Positions 36,217 to 48,600 of a DNA stretch of 64,000 nucleotides are shown in pieces (the stretch's first letter is position 1; the number at the start of each line of letters is the position of its first letter). Under the pieces are notes generated by a model. It searched no databases. It was not told where the DNA came from and was given only the letters and a program-made list of their open reading frames with translations. The stretch is from Camelus dromedarius (Eukaryota): NCBI RefSeq assembly GCF_036321535.1, contig NC_087455.1, forward strand, positions 558,001 to 622,000. The letters are read 5' to 3'. Position numbers and translations under genes: made by a program.

Positions 36217-36560
36217 GCCGGTCGGTGCGCTCGGGTCAGCGCGCGTAGATCCGCCTGGCACCGCCGCGGCGCAGCGGCCCCGCCCACCACGGTAGCGGAA
36301 GCTGCAACGGCCAATCCGAGGCTGTCGACTCTGCGCAGGGGGCGGGACCGCCGCTTGGAGGCGGGGCCACGCGGAGGCCGGGGGATTGTGGGATTGGGTG
36401 CCGGCCCGGAAGCCGCGCGCCTCAGTTGCCCGGCAGCGGTGGGGGTCCCGAGGCACGGACGCTGCGCCAGCTGTGGCGCCGTCGCAGGGGGTCCTGCCAG
36501 CCACCGAGAGCTGGCTGGTCACGTGGCCCTCTTCCTTCGCGGGCCGACGGAGATCCATCT
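35550..36560 (-). promoter_or_regulatory. HGH1 CpG island / promoter
   Basis: Very high CpG density over exon 1 and upstream. CCAAT at 36311-36315, GC boxes, ETS-like CCGGAAG near 36405. Confidence 0.7.
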
Positions 36561-36589
36561 TCACTGAAAGCGAAGCCAGACTGACTGCT

Positions 36590-37570
36590 GGTGTTAGACT
36601 AGCTTGTATTCCCGGTATGATCTCCGTTTGGTCGGGAGACATTTTCACTTTTATGTATTGCTGTGTTCAGTTTGCTGAAGTTTTGTTTAGAATTTTTTAC
36701 ATCTCAGTCCATAAGGGATATTGATCTGTGGTTTTCTTTTCTTGTAATATCTTTGTCTGGTGTTGGGTAACATTGGCCTCAGAAGGACTGGGGGGAAAAT
36801 TCCTCCTCTTGAATTTTCTGGAAGAGTTTGTACAACTAATGTTGCTTCTTCCCTAAATGTTTGCTAGAATTCCCCGTGAAGCCATCTGGGCCTGAAGTTT
36901 TCTTTCTGGGAAGGTTTTTCAATTATAAATTCAATTCCTTTAATAGATACGTGTATGTTGAGGTTGTCATTTTCTTCTTGGGCGACTTTTGGTAATTTGG
37001 GTCTTTTAAGGAGTTGGTCCATTTCCTCTAAATTTTTTAATTAATTGGCACAGAATTCTTCATTATATTCCCTTACTGTCCTTTTAGTATATGTAGAGTG
37101 TTGTGGTATCACCCGTCTCGTCGCTGATATTGGCAATTTGTGTCGTCTTTCTCTTTTTGTCAGTCTTGCCAGAGGTTTGTCAGTTTTACTAATCTTGTTA
37201 AAGAACTGCCTTTTGGATTTATTTTCTTTATTGCTTCCTTTTTCGATTTTATTGGTTTCTACTTTGACCTACTGTTTCCTTTCTTCTGCTTACTTTTTGA
37301 GTTTAATTTGCTGTTCTTTTTCTAGTTTCTTAGGGTAGAAGCTGAGGTCATTGATTTGAGATCTTTTTTGTTGTTGTTACTATAACTTTTTTAAAGTTGA
37401 AGTATAGTTGATTTACAATGTTTCAGGTGCACAGCAAAGTGATTCAGTTATATATGTATATATATATTTTCAGATTATTTTCCATTATAGGCTATTAACA
37501 AGATATCGAATATAGTTCCAAGTGCTCTACAGTAGGTCCCTGTTATTTTATTCTTCTTTTCTAATACAGA
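36590..37570 (-). mobile_element. L1 ORF2 fragment abutting the HGH1 CpG island, with a younger L1 3' end inserted at ~37380-37550
   Basis: Reverse L1 text (ttttctggaagagtttgt..gtgaagccatctgggcctg..tcagtcttgccagaggtttgtcagtttt). The insert reads gttgaagtatagttgatttacaatg..ggtgcacagcaaagtgattcagttata. Confidence 0.8.
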
Positions 37571-38862
37571 AGGTTTCCCCCCATTTATTATCTGACTTAT
37601 GGGTTATGTTACGTACTTTTACATAGGTTAAAAACTCCTTAATAGATTGATACATTATTTTTATTTCACACTAAGGGTCAGGATGAAGCCTCTGGGGCAG
37701 TGATGCCCTGGAAAGCCACTCACAGGGAACAGTATGCCCCTGAAGTCAGCAGATCATAAGGTCCAAGGGCTGCGATTTGTCCCCACCTGAGACCCATGGG
37801 AAGGGCGCCTCATAGCCTCAATCCTGACCTAAACTTTCATGAAAGTGAAATTGAAACAGAAATTGAAGAGGGTGGACAAGTCCAAGAATGTGCCCACCTC
37901 TCCAGGAAAACCACATGCTCAGGACACACAGATTCCAGTCATAAGAGCTGAAAATTCCTCAAGATGTGGAATTGGAATATTATGGATAATCTAGGTAAGT
38001 GATGCCCTCTGGTGGGAACTTTTGACTGAGACAAAAATGTGCACCTTCAGGGCCCACTGGCATCCAGAGGACTAATGCGCAAGCCCTGGCTTTGATTGGT
38101 TTGAGGAAGTTTTTATGGTAGTCACCAGTAGGGAGCCTTAAATATTCCTAAAATGAATTAAAAGGTCCAAACTTTTTGAAAATAATTTCAAAGTTAAAGT
38201 TACAAGAACTGTGCAATGAACCCCCATATACCCATGACCCAGAGAACTCAAAGTCAAATCCCCAGGTCACACCAGTCACCCCAGTAATGACCTTTTACAG
38301 TAATGGCCTTTCAGCAAAAGGTTGTGCCTCTTGTCCCCTTTGGTCGGGAACAGCTCCTCAGTCTTTGATCTTGGTGCCCTTGACACAGACCACGGCCATG
38401 ATCAGGTGGCACTGTGTCAGTTGGTTCCAGGCCTGGAGAAGTTGATTTCATCACTTAATTAAGGTGGAGTTGCCCAGGCTTCCTCACTCTCAGGTTACTC
38501 TTTTTCTTTTTTGTATTTAATATTTTGTGGGGAGATACTTTGAGACTATGTAAACATTCCGTTCCTCATTCACCTTTCACTCGCTAGTTTTTTCATGTTA
38601 CTATTTTTTTCTCTGACTTATGATCATGGTGGTTGCCAAAGAGTGAGTTTCTAATTTTATTGTTTGTTATGAGGGCAAAAAGCTTTCTCTTTACCTATTT
38701 ATTTATGTCAACAAAGACTCATGGATTCCTAGTTTATTCAAAGAAATGTAATATTTTCCTGTCATTATTTTGATCCTCAGATTGTCCTCAGTTTGGCCAG
38801 TGAAAGTACCTTCAAGGAGGCTCCTGTGTGTTTTTTTAAATGTTTTTAAAATTAGCTTTATT

Positions 38863-39464
38863 TGAAACCAGACAGTACCCTGCAACACCTGCCCAGGGAC
38901 AGACCCCCCCCCCCCCGCCCCATGTCCCTCTACCCTTTCTGCAGAGGAGCTTTGGCCTCCTAGCACTTCCCTGAGTTCCAAAGAGCAAATTTAATCAGAG
39001 AAGTGAGAAAATGCAGAAACAAAGCAGTCAAGCAAGACAAAATAATAATAGTTCATCCATAAACAAAGTCAAGGACCTTGAGGGCTAGAGATGACATCCT
39101 GAGCCACAGCCTTGAGTGGTTTTGCAGATACTGAAACCCCCACCAGGTGGAAGAAGTTCACTGCCTGCTGACCACCAGCACAGAGACTCCAGAAAACTGA
39201 TCATTGAGATTCCTGAAATACCACCCTTCTACCTCACCATCAACCAATCAGAGGTTGTCCACAAGCTGATCACCCACCCAGTGACCCGCCTTCCTCACTC
39301 TGTCTTTAAAAATCCTCCCTGAAAGCCGTCAGGGAGCTCGGGTATATGGGGCATTAGCTGCCTGTTCTTGCGATCAACACTGTACTTTCCTTCACCACAA
39401 CCTGGTGCAGTGGATTGGCTTTGCTGTGTGTCGGTTGAGTGGACTCAAGTTCCGTTTGGTAACA
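38863..39464 (+). mobile_element. ERV1-like solo LTR interrupting an L1 3' end
   Basis: TG..gtttggtaaCA ends. CCAAT (caaccaatcag), TATA-like tttaaaa. Flanks join as an L1 3' end (agctttatt|caaggtataa). TSD not clear. Confidence 0.6.
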
Positions 39465-39499
39465 TCAAGGTATAAGCCACATACCATACAGGTCACCCA

Positions 39500-40900
39500 T
39501 TTAAATTCAATGGCTTGTGGTATATTACATTAACTTTTGAAAGTGGTTGTAAAGTACATACAACAAAATTGGCCATTTAACCATTTTAAAGTGTATCATT
39601 AGTGGCATTGATTATGCCCACAGTGTTTCCAAAACGTTTTCATCACCCAGAGCAGAAACTCTAACTTTTAAGCACTAATTGCCCACCTCCCCTCATCACC
39701 CACTAGTGACCTCTAGTCTTTCTTTTTTTTAATACATTCTGTTCTTATTTATTTTATTATTTTTTAATGGAGGTACTGGGGATTGTCTGTCATGTCTGCT
39801 AAGCATGTGCTGGCTGTCTCTAGACATGTGTCTATTCTAGGTACTTCAGTGGTTACATCTCATGTAGCTATAAAACAACGTCAAAACCAAGGTATGCATG
39901 TAGTTCCACGCCACCGTGTGACTCGTGTAGATTCATGTAACCAATGCCACAGGCAAAACAGGGAATAGTCTCATCACCACGAAGCTCTCCCTCCTGCCCG
40001 CCCACCCTCCCTGCCCGCGGCAACTACTAACCTGTTCTTCACCTCTCATCTTGTCGCTTCAGGAATGTTATTTAACTGGAATCACAGAGTAGATGATGTT
40101 TTGAGACTGGCTTTTTTCACTCAGCATAATTCTCTGTAGACTCCAGGTTGCTCTGTGTCAGTAACGGTTCATTTTCCTGGCTGAGTAGTCCGCATGTGGA
40201 CGTGCCACGGTTGGGTTGGCCGTTCGCCTGTTTAAGGACCTTTGTGTCCTTCCCAGTTTGGGGTCATTACAAATAAAGTTGGTGTAAACGTTGGTGCACA
40301 GGTTTTTTGTGGACATAAGCCTTCATTTCTCTGGCATGAATGCGCAGCAGTGTGATTGCTGAGTCGTGGTTTTCAAGAAACTGCCAAATCGTTTTCCAGC
40401 GTCTGGACCATTTTACATTCCCACCAGCATTACAAGGAGGTCCAGTGGCCCCGCAGCCTCCCCGGCAGTTGGTGGTGTCCTTTTTTTTCAGCTGCCCTGC
40501 GCTTCCGTTTCCCCGTCTCCGCACGGGCTCATTTGCCATCCTTATCTCCTCTTGGGTGAAGTGTCTGTTCTGTTTCTTTTGCCCATTTTCTAGTGGGGTG
40601 GTTTGGCTTTTACAGTCAATTCTGAGACTTGCTTATATATTCTGGATATGTGTCCTTTGTGGGTAAGTCCTTTGTAGGTATTTCCTAGTCTGTAGATGGT
40701 CCTCGCATCCTGTTAACAAGGCCTTTCACAGAGCGAAAGTCTTAAAATTTGACAAAGTTCCATTTATTGATTTCTCTTCTTTTATAAATGGTGTCTTGGC
40801 GTAATGTCTAAGGCTCTTCATCCATTGCTAGGTCCAAGAGTTTTTGTTTTCTTCTAAAATTTTTATAATTTAACATTTAAATGTATGATCCACTTTGTTT
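39500..40900 (-). mobile_element. L1 3' UTR / ORF2-end fragments, with a truncated SINE at 39721-39785
   Basis: tttgagactggcttttttcactcagcataat..catttctctggcatgaatgcgcagcag..tttacattcccaccagca. The SINE 3' half reads caatccccagtacctccattaaaaaat on minus. Confidence 0.7.
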
Positions 40901-41094
40901 GGTCTTTGATTTTATGGTGTCTGTTGGCCAGTAGAATTTTTTTAAATCAGAAAATATGCCTCCCCTTTCTGAGTATTACTTTTTCTAAATTGCCTTCTGA
41001 CATATTTCTATGTTTTCTACATTCCAATCTTCAACTCATCTGAAAATTACTCATAAGTGACACCAGGAAGGGGTCCAGCTTTGCTGTGTCTGCG

Positions 41095-41245
41095 CTGTGC
41101 TCAGCACTGTCCCTAAGTGCTTCAGGTACAATAATTCATTTCATCCTCATGGAGGCCTGTGAGGCATTACTGCCCCATTTCATGCATGGGGAAACTGAAG
41201 CTTAGAGAACTTAACTCACTTAAGGTCACAGTCAGGAAGCGGAGA
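41095..41245 (-). mobile_element. MIR
   Basis: tcatttcatcctca..cccatttc..tggggaaactgaagcttagaga..aaggtcacagtcagg is the MIR core. Confidence 0.7.
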
Positions 41246-42579
41246 AATATATATGTCTGTGTGTATTTCCTATACATACATTGCTATTTTGATGTCTTCT
41301 ATAGTGGAAATCATATTCTAGCTTTTTGTACATTTTTCTATTGGGTTATGTGATTTTTTTTAGTGGTTATTGATTTGTAGAAGTTCTTTATACACTTTGG
41401 AGATGAGCCATTATTAGGTACATGTATTTTAAATGTCTCCTCCCACTCGGTCACCTTTGTAGTCTCAATGGTGTATTTAAATTAATAATATTTCCTAATT
41501 TTTAAAAAATTATATATTAATATTTACTAATAAATGTATTGTTTTCCTTTATGAACACTGGGGTTTTTTGACTTGTTTAAACTTTTGTGCTACTTTCTCA
41601 TGTTTGTATTTAAAGCATTTATTGCTTTTATAATTTAAACCACGAAGCAGCAGTGGAAGCAGACCGACTGCTGTGGGCCTCACAGCCCGTCTCAGCCAGC
41701 ACGGCTCCTTCTACAGAAACGCCAGGGCTTTTGGTCACCTGCATCTGCACTTCCGGCCCCGCTCAGCCAAGGAAAGGGCTGCCCCCTCGGCAGCCCGTAA
41801 CAAGAGCCCCTGCACGGCTTGGGGGTTGTGGGGAAGGTGGAGGGACACCAGTTTTAAACATAAAGCCACCGAGAAGAAACATCTGAAGTCAGAGGCTGAA
41901 AATGCAGGAGAGAAACCACCACCCAGGCCGCCAGCAGCCAGCTGTGAAAGCTGGAACGGGCCCTCAGCAAAGGCAGTCCCAGCAGACATGTACCCCGGGG
42001 TCCCACGGTGGCTGGGTCAGTGCCTTCTGAGGTCACAGCCGTTCAGAAGAAAGCCGAGGCCCTCTTGAGACCCTATGCGTCACAGACAAGGTCGACCTCC
42101 TGGTGACTTTTAGGTTGAAAGGTCCAGACGACACTGCCCCTTTGTTGCTCCTTGAATAAAGCACGAAGGGCCGCGTCATCAATCCTCCTCCTTTCTAGCC
42201 TACAAGTAGCAGAGCTCTGACAGACTCCTGGTTTCACCTGCATCAAACAACTGCAGGTTTCTCCCCACACACCTGTGGCCACCCCAACCCCAGTAATAAC
42301 TGATAAAGGTTGGCTGCGTGCCTGAGCAGGGCACACCCATCCTCCGGCTTCCCTCTCTGGAGTAGACTGGCCCGACCCCACCAGGAACGCTGCTCCACCA
42401 TGTGCTGACCACAGCCCAGATCCTGTCCCACCCTGGACCCCACTGTGCCCCCAGCTCCTGCCTCACGTGTGCAGCTGGCCACCGGCAGGCTCACGACACA
42501 CCAGCCAGACCTCTCTGCCCACCTCAGCGGCCCCTAAAGATGAAGGTGGCATCCAATGTGCTGGCTGTTGCATGTGGAC

Positions 42580-42585
42580 TTTATT
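42580..42585 (-). terminator. WDR97 polyadenylation signal AATAAA
   Basis: TTTATT on plus, ~110 nt past the WDR97 stop at 42697. Confidence 0.7.
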
Positions 42586-42696
42586 CCAGCCCTGGGCCCC
42601 GGCCAGGGGCAAATAGCCAGCTAGAGAGCTGTGTCCTGACTCCAGACTGGAGGGAAAGGGAGGGGGGACGGGGTCAGGCCGAGGCTGCTAGCCTGG

Positions 42697-45600
42697 TCAG
42701 CTGTAGCTGTCAGGGTCCGTGTCATCTGGCAGGAAGTAGCGCTGCAGGGCTGGCTGCAGGAGCAGTGAGGGCAGTGGACGGGCAGGCCTGGGCCAGTCTA
42801 GGGGGAAAGGCTGCAGTTCCACTCGTGGCAGCGGCAGCTTCAGGGTCCGGATGGAACTGTCCAGGGTGCGGCCCGGCTGGAGCCGGGACAGCATCTGACC
42901 TGGGAGCCAGCAGGACAGTGAGGCCTTGGGGTGGGGTCAGTGCTCGCTGGGCTGGGCTGGGGTGAAGGCCAGGTCCCAGTTTCTACTCCTGTCCCCACTC
43001 ACCCCTCAGTTTCATTGGAGACCTCTGGGCCCTGGCCTCCTGAAGCCGGAGGATAGGGTAGTACCTGGATGGTAAGGAGACGGTTTGGCTGAGCCGGCCC
43101 GTCAGCCACCCCACACCGGCTCCTCCCCAGCCTCATCGTGGCCAGCTCACCGGCGATCTCGGAGCTCTGGCACCACTGTGCTGGGCCCCTGAGGGCGCGG
43201 GCGCAGGGCAGGGCGCGGGCTCCCTGGGTCCTCCTGCTGGTGGCCCTGCCGCCTAACCTGCTGCTGCTTGCAGAAGAAGTTGAGGGCGTCGATGGGTCCC
43301 AGGTCCAGCACTTTTGACTGTGACCAGTCCGTCTGCTCCAGCGGCAGAGGCTCGTCCAGCAGTGCAGTGGGCGAAGAGCAGAAGTGAATCAGGGTCTCAG
43401 AGAGTGCGCGTCTGGTCTGCCTGAAGCGCGTCTGTGGTGGCATCTGCTGGGCCTGAGACTCCAGGGCGGCCACGTCCGGCTCCCCAGGCGAGACCACCAG
43501 CGAGGGCGTCCAGGAGCGGACCGAGGGGGTCACAGAGATGTGAACAGTTGCCCCAGAGGCCATGGAAGTCTGCGACAGGCCCTCCTTGGCAGGAGGGAGG
43601 GGTGCTGAGGTCTCCGAGACCTGGGGCAAGATCTCGGACAACTTGGTCACAGACGGCTGCAGGGTTTCCATCTGCAGGGGAAGGTAGCCAGTGGAGGGTG
43701 AACTGCAGTCCAAGGCAGAGGCTGCCCCCTCCTCCACCAATAGTGAGGCCCAAGTGGTGCTGCCCCAGTTCCAAGCCAGCGGGAGACCCCACTGCCATCT
43801 CCTCCCCAGGGAGGAGCAGGAGGATCCCAGGAGATGGGGAGGGGTTGGGGGTTGGGGAGGACGGATGAGGCACAGAGCTGGGGCGGGGCAAGGAGCCTGC
43901 TGGCCTCACCTGGGAAAGCCTCCGGAGAAGGTGGGAGGCTCTGTGGCCCAGCGGCCCACCCCACCCCAGCCCCACCCCAGCCCGCCCAGACCTGCAGCTG
44001 CTGGATCATTTCCTCCAGCTTCTGGCAGCAGCGCGTGCGCAGTGCAGCCTTGGAGTCACAGTCCGGGCCCTGGACCCAGGTCAACATCTCCTGGAACAGG
44101 AAGCCCTGCGGGTCCTGAAGGCCTAGTCCGTCCAGCAGCTTCTTGAGCTCTGGCCTGGGACAGGTGTGGGCGGCTTACCGGAGGCCCCGGGGCTGGCAGG
44201 GAGGGCGGGTAGAGAGAGGGACTCACCGGCAGGAGGCGGGCGAGTAGAGGAAGTAGGACATGAGCTCCAGCACCACCTCGCGGGACTCCAGGGAGCAGGC
44301 CAGGAGCAGCTGCAGCGCCAGCATCACGAATTGCTTCTGGGTCTTGTCCTGAGTGCGGGGGAGGGGAGCGGATCACGCCCGGCGGGGGAGGGGCGGGGCC
44401 TCTCGAGGGCTGGGGCTCACCTCGAAGCTCGGCGGCTGGTCCAGGTTGAGCAAACGCACAAGGATGCCCTGCAGCCGGCCACAGAAGCCTCTGCTGACAT
44501 CAGGCAGCAGCCTCAGCAGCACGTGCAGGATGTCCACGCGGTCGGCCCAGGAGGCCTCGTCCAGCAGGTCCATGAACAGCAAGGCCAGGCCCTCCACCGT
44601 GCCCACCTCAGGGTACGCCTGCAGGACCTGCGTGCTGAGGCCTGCCCCCTGTCCCAACCCAGGCCTCCAGCCTCCCCATCCCATACCCAAGCCCGCGCTC
44701 CCAAGACTCCCCCGAACCTCCAGGGTGAAGATGGGGAACAGCTTTTTAAACCAGTTCTGCCCAACGAAGAAATGCAGGAAGCTAGGCAGGTGCCCGTGGC
44801 GCTCTTCCCAGAGCGCGCGCCCACGCTGGTGTGGGGGGCGGCGGAAATGGGTCTCTGTCCTGGTGGTGTCGTCGCGGGAGCCCATGGGCCTCAGGGTCAA
44901 GTACTCAGAGACCTGGGGGGAGCGGCAGCAGTGCAGACCCTGCCTCTCCAGCAGCTCCCTAACCCTGACACCAGGGGACACCCACCTGAGCCTTTAGCTC
45001 CTCAGACTCCAGCAGCTGGTCAGAGAGCTGCCCACAGGGACTCAGGGCATCTGAGGCCCAGTCCAGCGGCTCCTTGTCCTCCTCTTCCCCCAACCACTGG
45101 ATCAGCCTCTGCTGCCACGTGGCGTGCTGCTGCCTGATGCCCCTCACCAGCCACAGGTCGTCCTGGCTCACGCCTGGCTACGAAGGGGAGAGCGAGTGGC
45201 TGCAGGGCTCCTGGGAGCCAGGCCCTCCCATTCACCCCTCCCCGGCCCCGCCAGCACGCCCCCAGCTCTGCCCCTTGCCTTTGGTCTGCTGCTGTGGGTG
45301 AGCTGGCCCAGGGCACCGAGGCCTCTGACCTCCCCAGGGAGCCACATCTGCTGCAGCACCGCGGAGTTGGGCACGCAGCCCGGGAAGTGGACAGGCCGTG
45401 TCAATTTCTGGAGGTGCTGGTCGGGGCCGGCACCACGGGGCAGTCTGAGGATCAAGCTCCGCCCTGCCCCGGAGGCCGCCCTGGCAGTGCACCCGCCAGC
45501 CAGGTCTCTGGGTCTCTGAGAGCTGGGCTCAAAGCCCTGCCCCCACAAGCACAGACAGGGAGAGAATCTCTGGCACAGGGCAGTCAGGGCAGCATCAACT

Positions 45601-48600
45601 GTGGTAACTGAGGTGGGAAATCTGGGGAACAGGCGGCCTTTGGGGAAACCCGACACCCCAGATGCTCTCCATGGGACTCAGCCTCCCATCCTGGAGCAGA
45701 GACACCAACAGGAGAGGGACAGTAGGAGTTCAGAGAGGGGCTGTTGAGGCCTTGGATAGAGGCCATAGCGGCTGGAGGGGTCAGTGACCCACCTAGGAAG
45801 GTAGGAGGACCAGGTCTGTGTGCCAGACAAGGCCTATCTGGGCATTTGGATGTGAGAGTGTAGGCAGACAGTGCCTTGCAAGAGGCTAGCTCTCAGACAA
45901 AGTCCGCAGGGGGCTCCCCAGCCGACATCTCTAGGGAGGGGTACGCAGGCACAGCCAGCTGGCAGAGGCTCTGGCTTTGCCCAGTGCTGCTCTGGGGTCC
46001 TTGGCTCTCTGCAGCTGGGTCCCAGAGTGCAAGGATGCAGGGCACACAGAGCAGCAGCACTGGAACTGGGCCAGGGGCGCGGGGCTGCGGGTGGGCATGG
46101 CCCTTGGGTCAGATTTAGACACAAAGGTTTGCGGCAAAGGGAAGATGGGGTACACAAGAAGGGTCCCCACAGGGAGGGAAGTGCCTCTAGGGAGAGCAAG
46201 GGGCTCCCACCTTGTAGGGCTGCATGGTGGCGGGAAAGAAGCCCCCGAGGTTGGAGAGAAGCTCCTGGGGCCGCCTCTTCGGTGGCAGGGGGATCTGGGA
46301 ATGGGACAGGGCTCAGAGCCAAGCTTGGACTCCAGAGTCCCTGCAGCTCTGCCCTTGGCTGGGCAGGACCCCCACCTGCCCAGGCCCCTCACCCTATGCT
46401 GCAGGTGGGAGGACAGGGGGTCCGGGGCCACAGGCTTCTCCCTGCGGAGCCGCTCCGACTGCAGCTGCAGGTCCAGACTGAGGCCCAGCTCACAGCTCAA
46501 GGAGGAGCGAGCCAGCAGCTAGGGCCCAGGAAGAGGAGTCAGAGGCGAGGGACAGGGATCCCAAGGTGAGGGCAGAGGGGTGGGAGGGGTGGGAGAGGTG
46601 GGAAGCCTCACCTGGGATGCTCTGCTGTGCACCCTCTGGTGGTGGGGTGGGACAGGCACGGGCACTCGGGGAGGGCGGGCAAAGCGCCGGCCCAGAGCCC
46701 CCAGGTCCTGTGGTGGCAGGGTCATTGACGCTGGGGGGGCTTCAGTGCAGTCCCCAGCCTGTCCGAGGCTAGGGGCGTCTCTGGGCAGGTCGCACACTTC
46801 CCAGGTCTCTCTCTCCACAGTGAAGGGCAAGGCACTGCACTGCTGGGACTCTCTTCCAGCATACTTGCCCTGCCAGTGGGGGGAGGGGGGGGCAGAAGGG
46901 CAGTGTCAGAGGCACAGGGCAAAGTGGGGGGCTGGGGGAGGCCCCATACTCACCAAAGGGCCGGGGCCGTAGATCAGACGGAAGTAGTTATCGAAGGCCT
47001 CCTGGCACTGCCGCCCGGAGAGTGGGGCCTGGGCGGCCGGGCTCACCAGCCCCAGTCTCAGCTGCTGAAGGTCTTGGTCCCGGGCAACCAGGGCTTCCAA
47101 GTCCTGGGGTGGGGGTCAGGGGTCAGCCTGTTCTTCCTCGAGCCTTGCCGCGTGCTGCCCAGACAACCACAGGGATCCCAGGCTGCCCCGGGGACTGAGG
47201 GGAGTGGCTTGAGCCTGGGCAGGGGGCAGGGCTGGGGCACCGGGGTGGTGAGGGGGTCAGGACCCACCCCACCTCCTCCAACACTGGCTGCTGAGGTGCT
47301 GCCGTCTGGCGATGGATGAAGGACAAGGCTGTGCTGCAGACAGGGACGGGCATGGGTGGGACACGAGGTGGCACTACCAGTGGGACAGGGCAGAGGTGGG
47401 ACAAGGACCCGGGAGGTGGGTGGCCAAGCCCCTGGTGGGGAACAACCAACTGCCAGGAGTGGGGAGGCCAGGACTGGGACAGGCCTGCAGTGGCCCAAGG
47501 GGCCTGGGAGCCCCAGGGTCTCATGCTGGGGACACAGCCTGGCCCTGACCCAGGGAGCTGGGCGGGGACCTCCAGGACAGTTCAGCCAGGCTGGCTAGCA
47601 GACCTGAGGCTGGCCGCCCCATGCAGGTTGGCAAGCCTCCGCAGCTGGTCTGAGGTCAGCGACTCCTGGCTCTTCAGGGGCAGTGGAGGGTCGTCTACCA
47701 TGTCGGCGACCTTCCCATACAGCTTCTGAGCAGGGAGAGGAGCCTGGAGCCCTGGCCTTGCAGGCTCATCTGCTGACAGCAGCCCCACCCTGCCCACGTG
47801 GCACTCAGTGCACACCTTAACCAGGTAAGATGTGGGCAGGTAGAGCATGTGGGACACCAGGCAGAGGCGGGAGCCCAGTGCCAGCACCAGATCCCCGCTG
47901 TTGTTGCAGAAGGTTAGGGCCTGAGGGGCACCATTCAGCTGCAGGAGCCTGGAGGGATGTTCAGGGCTAGAGTCCAGCCCTGCTCCATGGAGTGGAAAAC
48001 CGAGGCAGCAGCAGAGGCAAGGCTCTCTCCCCTATCAGGCTGCTGGGCTCTGGTTGAGAGCAGAGGCAGGAGAACCCAGAGGGCCACCCCCACGCTCCTG
48101 ACCCTCCCTTTGCCCTCCCAGCCCCAGCCCACCGCAGCAGGCGGTTCTCTGCTGTCCAGATGCGGATGGTGCAGTCCAGGCTGGAGCAGGCGTACAGCTT
48201 AAGCGTGGGACAGCAGCACAGGCCTGGGGGCCAGGGCTCAGGGTCAGGGACCAGATCCATACGGTGGCCTGGGCGTCACCTTTGCCCTGTCCCCTCACCG
48301 GTGATGTGGTCTGTGGGGTCGTCCTGGGGCTGGTGATCATAGCGTGGGCGGCTGTCCAGGCCGAACTGCACCAAGCCATAGGTGGCACTGTGGGGGTCCT
48401 CAAAGCCCACAGTGACGTGCTTCCCAAGTGCACAGAGTACCACGGCCGGGTGGCAGCAGGAGAAGGTGCGAAGCAGGCTCAGGCTCTCCTCAGCGTAGGG
48501 GAAGACGCGCCACATCTTCACGGTCAAGTCTCCCCCTTGGGGGCGGGAGCCATGGTTGGGGGGGGAAGCCGGGGTTCCCAGGCCACCTCCTGGGGGAGGA

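Noticed and set aside
41650-42500. Unique-looking sequence past the WDR97 poly(A) signal with short ORFs (..IDDAALRALFKEQQRG..)
   Set aside because: No recognisable homology, no consistent exon chain, no ATG/Kozak-supported frame; probably intergenic or old repeat.
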